NCBI GenBank assembly: GCA_051362555.1
Contig: CM120641.1
Location: 37,144,401-37,208,400, forward strand
DNA length: 64,000 nucleotides
Direction of reading: 5' to 3'
Source: Lingula anatina
Lineage: Eukaryota > Animalia > Brachiopoda
Part shown: positions 50,784 to 64,000 of the stretch, one piece after another
Layout: each line of letters begins with the position of its first letter
Numbering within the stretch: the stretch's first letter is position 1
Program-made: the position numbers and the translations under genes
Notes under the pieces: model-generated
The model's input: the letters and a program-made list of their open reading frames with translations, nothing else
The model's database searches: none
Told to the model about the DNA's origin: nothing

Positions 50784-51776
50784 ATGATGATACCAGTGAA
50801 TGGGACTAGGAATGACTTTTATTTTGCAGATAACAATACTGAAGGTGAAAATGGTCCATACTATTACCAGACAACATTATACAAAGTATTGGTTGTGTTT
50901 GCATTTGCACTAGTCATGGTCATCATATGTTTTGGAAATCTGTTGGTCATCATCACCTATGCATGTGTGCAGAAACTGCAAACACGTGGCAATATTTTCA
51001 TGATACGTCTAGCAGTGGCAGACTTGGTATTAGGATTCCAGATAATTTTTCAAATTGTATCAATTTTTATACCTCTCAAGTCTCTTACCTTGTGTATCTT
51101 GCGGTACTCTCTGTTGAGTGTCTCTTCATTCGCTTGTAATTTGACACTGTTGGTTCTAACTGTGGAGAGATATTTTGCTGTGTTCCATCCTTTGAAGTAT
51201 CATACATGTGATATTAAAAAATGGTTTTATGGCATAACTGCGTTAATTTGGACCCCTGCATTCATATTTGGATTTTTGATACCATTTGTGTGGCACAAGG
51301 ATTGGACCTATGAAAAATCCCATGGCTGTGAATTTTCTGTAATTCTGAAAGAGGATTTTATTACTTGGTTTATTTCACTACCATTCATCCTGTCAACAGT
51401 CAGCATTTTGGTTTTATATACCAAAATTATAAAGGAAATCAGAAAACAGAAGAACAGAATTGGATCTCGAAATGCCAACAGGATACTGACACCTCAAAAT
51501 GCAATTGACAGACATACGCCAATTTCTTCACAGATAATTAAACTCTGCAAGACTGTTGCTCTAATTGAGTTTTGTTATTTGGTTTGCTGGGTCCCTTTTA
51601 TGTTATTTATTGCCATCCATGCACTTATGCGGTTGGAATACTCGGTTATTGCTATAAATGTTCGCTTCTGTTTGGGAATTTTGCTTGCTGTCAACTCTGC
51701 ATTGAATCCATTTATATATGCTGTACGAACGCCAGATTTTCGTAAGGCCATTCGAAAAGCAGTAACTGGACATTGA
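50784..51776 (+). CDS. Intronless class A GPCR, copy 2 (paralog of 38322-39311)
   Basis: Same motifs as copy 1 and mostly identical sequence. The first ATG is at 50784 (the ORF track starts at a GTG). The flanks 50370-50780 and 51776-52200 are also homologous to the copy 1 flanks. Confidence 0.92.
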   Translation: MMIPVNGTRNDFYFADNNTEGENGPYYYQTTLYKVLVVFAFALVMVIICFGNLLVIITYACVQKLQTRGNIFMIRLAVADLVLGFQIIFQIVSIFIPLKSLTLCILRYSLLSVSSFACNLTLLVLTVERYFAVFHPLKYHTCDIKKWFYGITALIWTPAFIFGFLIPFVWHKDWTYEKSHGCEFSVILKEDFITWFISLPFILSTVSILVLYTKIIKEIRKQKNRIGSRNANRILTPQNAIDRHTPISSQIIKLCKTVALIEFCYLVCWVPFMLFIAIHALMRLEYSVIAINVRFCLGILLAVNSALNPFIYAVRTPDFRKAIRKAVTGH

Positions 51777-52342
51777 TGCCAAAGCCAAAAACTTGAAGTA
51801 GATGCCAGGAAAGATGTTAATTTATTCTAGTATAAATTTACAATTTAAATTTGCTGTGGGTATCAAGTTGAAGAACTTTTGTTGAGATGTACACTTGTTT
51901 GTGTATCTGTTGAATCTTAGTAAAATATTTATGCAAAGATATAGAATTTCTTTTGATTCACCCAACAACCACAAAAGAAATTGTGGTTTAAAGCAGGAAA
52001 ACATAACTGTTACTTTCATAAAATGCTTTGCCAAACATTTTCACATATACAAGCGTATATGTGTCTGTATATATTTTGATTGGTCCATCTGTCTGTGTTG
52101 TTGCTGTCGCCGTCACAGTCGCCCCATAACTTTCAAACTGTATTTTGTTTTTACTTTAAATTCACTGAGTGACAAAGGGGCAGTTTGGTTTTATTTACAG
52201 TAATTATTCTGTTTTTTTTTTTTTTTTTTTGCACAATTTTGGTGATGTTTGCCCCATAACTGCGAAATAGTATTTTTGTTTTACTTAAAATTTTCTCAGT
52301 GCCTTTGTTTGGTAAAGAGGCAATTTATTTATACTATAATCT

Positions 52343-55300
52343 TTTTTTATGTACAGACACAGATGTGTCTGTACATATTGCCATCACCTGCGTCTGTCGT
52401 CGCCGTCGTCGCCGATGCCGATGGCGTCGCCGATGCCGTCGCCGATGCCGGCGCCGTGCACTTTCCTTGTTAACACGATAAGTGGAGGGCAGTTTTACTT
52501 TTTGGCTTTATATTTACAGAGCTGATGAATATTCATAAAACACAGGTCAAGTTCGAAAATCAGCATGATCGGGCCATTATTGTAGAAGTTATGCTGTTTT
52601 TTCACTTTTCAGCATATATGCAACCCTGTTAACACATTTTAAGGAAAACCGATAGGCCTGTTGTCATGAAACTCACAGGAGTAATCAATCTTACTAAAAC
52701 GCAGGTCAAGTTCGAAAATCGGCATGATCGGGCCACTATTTTAGTAGTTATGCTGTTTTTTCACTTTTTAGCATATATGCAACATTGTTAACACATTTCA
52801 AGGAAAACCCATAGGCCTGTTGTCATGAAACTCACATTAGTAATCAATCTTACTAAAACGCAGGTCAAGTTCGAAAATCAGCATAATGGGGCCATTATTT
52901 TATAAGTTATGCTGTTTTTTCACATTTCCTCAGATTCAATTCTTAGGCATGTTAACAGTCTCATTATTTAACTAATAAGATATGTAAATGTGTTTGTTTG
53001 ACATTTCCTGCAACTTTAAAACATTGTTAGTTGATTATGTAAAAATGATGGTAAACTTGTTATCATGTATTGTATAATAGAGTTTCAAAAATGGAAAAAA
53101 AACTCATATCATTGCAGTTTGTCAGATTAATTCATTCACTATGTTCAGAAACTCGGAATGGAGGAAATTGGACATTAAACACTGTTCTATTGATATTTTT
53201 CCCATGTCATCAATTTTCTTAGTTGATCATATAAAAATGGCAGTAAACTGTTAATTTTGTCATATGTTAAACAATTGTTAAAAATGGAAAAAAACACATT
53301 TCAGGACAGTGCTGTCTTGTTTACATTTTGGCATTTTCAAGGTGTGACTTTGAAGTTCCATGGGCCTGAAGACCTTTGCTTGTCACATTTTCTCAATATC
53401 CATGATACTAATATTTTATTATTAAAAATTGATGGTTATTATCCTGTTAAACATTATGTAATATTGCATCAAAATTTGAAGAAACCCCTATTTTGGACAC
53501 TGCTCCCATGATGACCATTTAAGGAAAACCATGTCACTTACTGTTCTCAAACTTACAGGAAAGAAACATGGGACTAAGATACAGTTTAATTAGGCAATGC
53601 AGTCTGTTTGGTAATTCTTTCTGGCAGTTAAACAGTTTTTTGTGAAAATTAAATTTGTCACATATTGGCATTTTCAAGGTGTGACTTTGAAGTTCCATGG
53701 TCCTGAAGACCTTTTCTAGTCACATTTTCTGAATATCCATGATACTAATATTTTATTATTATGTACAGACACAGATGTGTCTGTACATATTGCCATCACC
53801 TGCGTCTGTCGTCGCCGTCGCCGTCGTTGCCGTCGCCGGCGCCGTGCACTTTCCTTGTAAACATGATAAGTGGAAGGCAATTTAATTTTTGGCTTTATAT
53901 TTACAGAGCTGATGAATATTCATAAAACGCAGGTCAAGTTCGAAAATCAGCATGATCGGGCCATTATTGTAGAAATTATGCTGTTTTTTTCACTTTTCAG
54001 CATATATGCAACACTGTAAACACATTTCAAGGAAAACCGATTGGCCTGTTGTCATGAAACTCACAGGAGTAATCGATCTTACTAAAACGCAGGTCAAGTT
54101 CGAAAACCGTCATCATCAGGCCACTATTTAAGTAGTTATGCTTTTTTTCACTTTTCAGCATATATGCAACATTGTAAACACAATATAAGAAAAACAGACA
54201 GGCCAATTGTCATTAAACTCACAGGAGTGGTCAATCCTGCTAAAACACAGGTTGAGTTAAAAAAAAATCAGCATAATCGGGCCATTATTTTAGAAGTTAT
54301 GCTGTTTTTTCACATTTCCTCAGATTCAATTCTTAGACATGTTAACAGTTTCATTATTTAATTAATAAGATACGTAAAAGTGTTTGTTTGACATTTCCTG
54401 CATCTTTACAACATTGTTAGTTGATTTTGTAAAAATGATGGTAAACTTGTTATCATGTATTGTGTAATAAAGTTTCAAAAATGGAAATAAACTCATATCA
54501 TTGCAGTTTGTCAGGTTCAATCATTCACTATGTTCAGAATCTCAGAATGGAAGAAATTGGACATTTAACACTGCTCTATTGATATTTTTCCCATCTCATC
54601 AATTTTCTTAGTTGATCGTATAAAAATGGCAGTAAACTGTTAATTTTGTTTTATGTTAAAAATTGTTAAAAATGGAATAAAACATTTCAGAACAGTGCTG
54701 TCTTGTTTACATTTTGGCATTTTCAAGTTGTGACTTTGAAGTTCCATGGGCCTGAAGACCTTTGCTAGTCACAGTTTCTGAATATCCATGATACTAATAT
54801 TTTATTATTAAAAATTGATGGTCATTATGCTGTTAAACATTATGTAATATTGCATCAAAATTTGAAAAAAACCTATTTTGGGCACTGCTCCCATGATGAC
54901 CATTTAAGAAAAACCATGTCACTTACTGTTCTCAAACAGTACAGTAAATATGTACAGATGTGTCTGTACATATTGCCATCACCTACGCCTGTCGTCGCTG
55001 TCGCTGTCGCACTTTCATTATAAACACGATAAGTGGAAGGCAGTTTTACTTTTTGGCTGCTTGGTAATTCTTACTGCCAGTTAAACAGTTTTTTTGTGAA
55101 AATTTAATTTTTCACATATTGGCATTTTCAAGGTGTGAGTTTGAAGTTCCACAGGCTTGAAGACCCATGCTAGTCACATTTTCTGAAAATCCATGATACG
55201 TATATTTTATTATTAAAAATTGACGGTCATTAGGCTGTTAACCATTATGTAATATTGCATCAGAATAGAAGAAAACACAATTTTGGGTGCTGCTGCCATG

Positions 55301-55890
55301 ATGACCATTATGGGAAAACCATGTTACTTATAATTGCCAAACTTTCAAAAAAGAAATACAGGACTAAAATGCAGCCTGAGTTGGAAAAGTAGTCTAATTG
55401 GCTTCTTTTTCTGGAAGTTATACATTTTCAAAGTGTGAACTTGAACTCCCATGGGCCTGAAGCCTTATGCTTGTTACACATTTTACTTACATTGGTATTA
55501 CCTGTTGAGCATAATTAAAATTTGATGTTGAATTTGCAGTTTAACATAATGTACTTTTGCATCAGAATTGACAGTAGCCTATTTTGTGCATAGTTATTTC
55601 CTGTTTTTTGTCTGTACATTTGACAGCTTTGCTGCCTTGTTTTTGTGTGTGTATTTTTTTTCACATTTTCAGTGGCTTTTATATCCCATGGAACTGAAAC
55701 ACTTGCTAGTTTCTCAATGCCCATGTTACCTGTAGTACATAATGTAAGGAGGTAAAAGTGATTAATCTGCTTTAAAGCATTATGTAATAGTGCATCAAAA
55801 TTTTGTGCAATATTTTTATGTAAAGTCTGAACATTTGTCAGCTTTGCTGCCTTGTTTCCTGTATGGTGTCTGTATGTTTGCCAGATTTTC
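52343..55890 (+). mobile_element. Tandemly reiterated Helentron/HINE-like repeat complex
   Basis: The 5' module ATGTACAGACACAGATGTGTCTGTACATATTGCCATCACC + (GTCGCC)n recurs at about 52349, 53761 and 54949. Internal ~156-bp units (CAGGTCAAGTTCGAAAATCAGCATGATCGGGCC) occur three times per copy, and a second unit (CCATGGGCCTGAAGACC) is repeated at least five times. Confidence 0.75.
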
Positions 55891-56084
55891 ATGGGTTTAT
55901 CTGTAAATTGGGCACATTCTCTTTAACTGAGAGCTTTTGCCATAGTAAAAAAATATATGAGTTAACATTCTACCCCTGAGATACTTCCTTATTGTTTACA
56001 GTCTTTCCCATAAAAATAACTGTTATACCTTTTTTTAAAGATTTTAATGACCATTCATGGTGCATCCATACCCTCTACCAGGCT

Positions 56085-56085
56085 G

Positions 56086-56130
<45 letters not shown>

Positions 56131-56137
56131 GGGGGGG
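56085..56137. repeat. (GT)n followed by a long G run
   Basis: Directly visible simple repeat. Confidence 0.9.
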
Positions 56138-56459
56138 CGCTTCCTATTCTTTCAGGTTATGATTATTTTCCACTTATGTTATTAGTATTATTATTAGTAA
56201 TAAGGGCTTAAATATTTCTGTTTGGAAAAAAAACCGGAAACAGAGGGAGGCGTTTCCTTTGTCAGAAACTGCATGTGTCTTATCATGTTAACAAATAACT
56301 TTTATAAATAAAATAAATAGATATACCGGTACTCCCGTATAATGTATGTTACGATAGATCTAACAGTTTTTTGCTCTTGGGAAAATGCAAACATCAACAC
56401 TAAGGACACTGCGAAATGCGACGCGCGGGAGTCTATATATTTCGTTGTTATAGTCTATA

Positions 56460-56585
56460 TTGGCACTACTAGGGCGGAATAAAAAAACTGTAGACTACAA
56501 AACGCAATGCGAGCGCCACAACAAACACACTAGTCTGACGTCACCATTGTGCCAGGAAGGGGCGTTAAGTCCGCCATATTGGATA
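56460..56585 (+). promoter_or_regulatory. Housekeeping-type promoter of Rab11
   Basis: Clustered GGGCGG, ACTACAA (ZNF143-like), TGACGTCA (CRE, 56536-56543), CAGGAAG (ETS) and CCGCCATATT (YY1, 56571-56580) about 200 bp upstream of the ATG. Confidence 0.6.
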
Positions 56586-56771
56586 AGGAGTTTTGTTTTG
56601 ATTAAGAAATCGTACAAATCATCCAGTATTTGAAACCATCCGGCACAATTTATATACGAAAGTGGGTGTATACATCAAGAAGAAATACTAATAACCACCT
56701 TTCTGGCTATTGTGAGACTACACATCACAGACCAAGCGATATAGCCCCTCGGAGGCTTACAGGAAGTAGAA

Positions 56772-61394
<4,623 letters not shown>

Positions 61395-62827
61395 AGAAAC
61401 TGGTGACCTTGAATATTTGACTGTAAGCGTGCACGAGAACTGATACGTTATCAAAAGTCATTGTAAGAGCAGTGGTGCATTGAGGCAGAACATTGGAATT
61501 ATATCACTAAGTGTATTAAACGGACATTTCAAAACCATGTAAAGAACAACAGACTGTTCTGTGATCAAGCTAAATTAATGAGCACAGTTTAATTTAATTT
61601 TAGCTCATTTCTATCTAAAATTGCCCGTGGTTTAGCAAAACAAGTTGATTGAATGATTGAGAAAATATTTGGTTGTCATATGGGTTGCAGTCCATTCTCT
61701 TATAATATTCACATAGAAGTTGTCTTCAATGCTTCTATAAATTAAAATTTTCAAACATTGTTACACCATCAGTTAATGAAAGTCACTTACAAAGGAATTG
61801 ATCATAGGCTATGCTGGTAGGATGAGATGGACAGAAATATCAAAATATTTTAACTTATATGTATTAAATTTATTGTACAATTGCTGCAGCAGGAAACAAA
61901 ATGGTGTTTGATATCTTTTGTATTCTGCTTGCATGTGCTATAAATGTACCAGAGTTGCAGGAGCAACGATTATTTCAAAAACCCTGCAGAGAAAAGGCCA
62001 TTTGTTTAATATGTCATCCATGAAAGGATTATTTTTGCATGTAGATAAATTAAAGTTTGCAGTTCCTTTTTTGAAATGCTTAGTAAACTGCATGTTCAGA
62101 TCAAGTGCAGGGAATCTTTTCTTGGTTTTTGTACAGGATTGGAATTATTTTGTAAAGCAGTGTACAGAATAGATATGTTAATCATTACGGTTTCATCAGT
62201 CGGAATAACCAGCTTCTAAACAAACTCTGATGATCGATGAATGGGATTTGGTTGTGTTGTAGTTGATAAGGGGAGTTTGTAGGAACTGGCATACTAAAAA
62301 TCCTTTTTCATCCTCTCAAACCATTACTTATTGATCCATATGTAACATAGTAAGGGGGTTAAAGTCAGGCTTTTGTGAACTATGTGTAATACATTAGATC
62401 ATATAATAGCTTATAACATAATGTATAAATTGTCTAATAAAAGAACTCATATTGTATTACAAGAGTTTCCTTGGCCTTGTCAATATCATCTTACACAACA
62501 GTGATGTTTTGGGATATCTTTGACAATTAATGGAAAACCATATAAAACATAATGGGTCATCTTAACTGAGAGACTCCAGGATTATGGATGAATTATAATT
62601 GAATGATTAGGAATCTTCCAGATGTCTTTGCAATATTTTACATGCAAAGTTTTATTTGTACTGAACCTTACAGTAACTGATTTTAAAATTTATATTATTT
62701 TGCTTCTCAAAATTGCACTAACTGCTAGCAAAGTAACAATGAAAGCTTGTGAGCAATAAATTATTGCACTTCATAAATGTCAATAGTTATACAATTAGTG
62801 TCATTTGCTGAAATAATGCTCTGAAGC

Positions 62828-64000
62828 TTAAAACCCACCAGGAACATTTTTCTTGGAGACCATTATCCTAATACAGACATATCATAAAATCTAAAATCAA
62901 AGGTTAAATTGAAATCTACTAGCCCAACTGAAAAGTGTATCATTCTCACATACAGGTGATATGATCTAGACTTAATTGTTATTTAGGCATTGAAGTATTG
63001 TCTGTGTTCCTTGATAAGTGATATGGTAATCTACCTTACAGGTCTTCTCTTTATACTGTCTAAAAATAAGTTGACACCTTTACAGTACAATTGGTTGCAG
63101 GTATTAGGAATAGATGCAATTACAGCACATATTTATGTCACTGTACAAAGGAACGTATTGTTCTCATAATGCATAATTGCAATCAAGTTAATATCATGTT
63201 TAAGCTTAAAATTCAGACATGTAAATAGCTGATACATGAAAAAAATGCATGTTAAGCAAAACTTGAATCTGCCAGTGACTGCTTGGTGGATACATAATGC
63301 CCTGATACAAGGGCAGATTTTCCATAAAAATAGACTTACTATCAAAACTGCACACTGAGAAAATGAAAATATATACCATTATATCTTTTCTTTACATGTC
63401 ATATACTGTTTGACTGGACTAATATCAGCTGTGTTTTGGAGATAATATAGAAAAAAATCCTACTAGAATCTTGCCTTTTCTTAAAGTAAATGCCAATTTT
63501 AATCTGACTAACTGGCATGTGTTACGAGAACTAAATGTAATTTAAGTTGGCCTTTGTGCTTTAAATTTTGATTATTTGTAAACTTAATTTCCCTAAGGAA
63601 ATAAATTAAGTAGACAGGGCTTAACAAAAAGACCTGCAAGGTTTGAGATTAACGAGAACAGATTGGTTACCTAAAAATGTTGCACAGAAATATGTTAATT
63701 ACATATTATATGTTTTTAAAATATTCCCATACAATTTAGATGGATGCCAACTAAGGAACAAAATTATTGCAAGTTATTTGATAAAAAGTTTCATATCTAA
63801 AACATGTTAAGTTGATTACAATAATATAAAAAAAAATTCAAATTGAAATCAATTACATTTAAAAATAAATAACTGCCTAAACAAAAAGATTAAATAGCCC
63901 ATTTTAAAGCATTTGCTTTGATTTAAAAATTGAAAATTAATGTGAATTATGTATATGAGGTAAACCTTTCACCTGGGTCATAAAGCAAGCCCTGGTATAT
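62828..64000 (-). CDS. Possible 3'-terminal small exons of an unidentified convergent gene entering from the right edge
   Basis: Candidate exons 63973->64000, 63035-63059 and 62828-62867 have GT-AG boundaries and join in frame as IYQGLLYDP-DSIKRRPVR-IMVSKKNVPGGF*. No family is recognised, and this could be chance. Confidence 0.3.

Noticed and set aside
52249-52481. Arg-rich (protamine-like) and Ala/Asp-rich ORFs
   Set aside because: They are translations of the (GTCGCC/GATGCC)n microsatellite in the Helentron-like head.

Overview
AT-rich, intron-rich animal genomic DNA, probably from an invertebrate bilaterian; the repeat types suggest a lophotrochozoan, but this is inference. I rebuilt the spliced gene models by hand from splice sites and reading-frame phase. 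In order they are: SLC25A29-like carrier (-); a divergently transcribed SLC25A45/47/48-like carrier (+) with two alternative, intact, duplicated 3'-terminal exons; CCDC167 (-, using a GC-AG intron); an LRRC28/58/69-like LRR + BC-box + Cys-cluster gene (+) with an unexpected hydrophobic N-terminal exon at an AG|GTAAG junction; two intronless paralogous class A GPCRs (+); JKAMP (-) head-to-head with L3HYPDH (+); and Rab11 (+). The repeats include two Helentron/HINE-like elements carrying tandem arrays (one has 14 x 146 bp units with perfect DR1 motifs), a Kolobok-like TTAA element, LINE remnants and many MITEs. The most interesting signals are the swappable C-terminal half of the mitochondrial carrier, the possible soluble versus membrane-anchored switch in the LRR E3-adaptor-like gene, human chr14-like head-to-head gene pairs, and a tandem-duplication-plus-deletion history for the GPCR pair. 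All orthology calls come from recalled motifs, not database searches.
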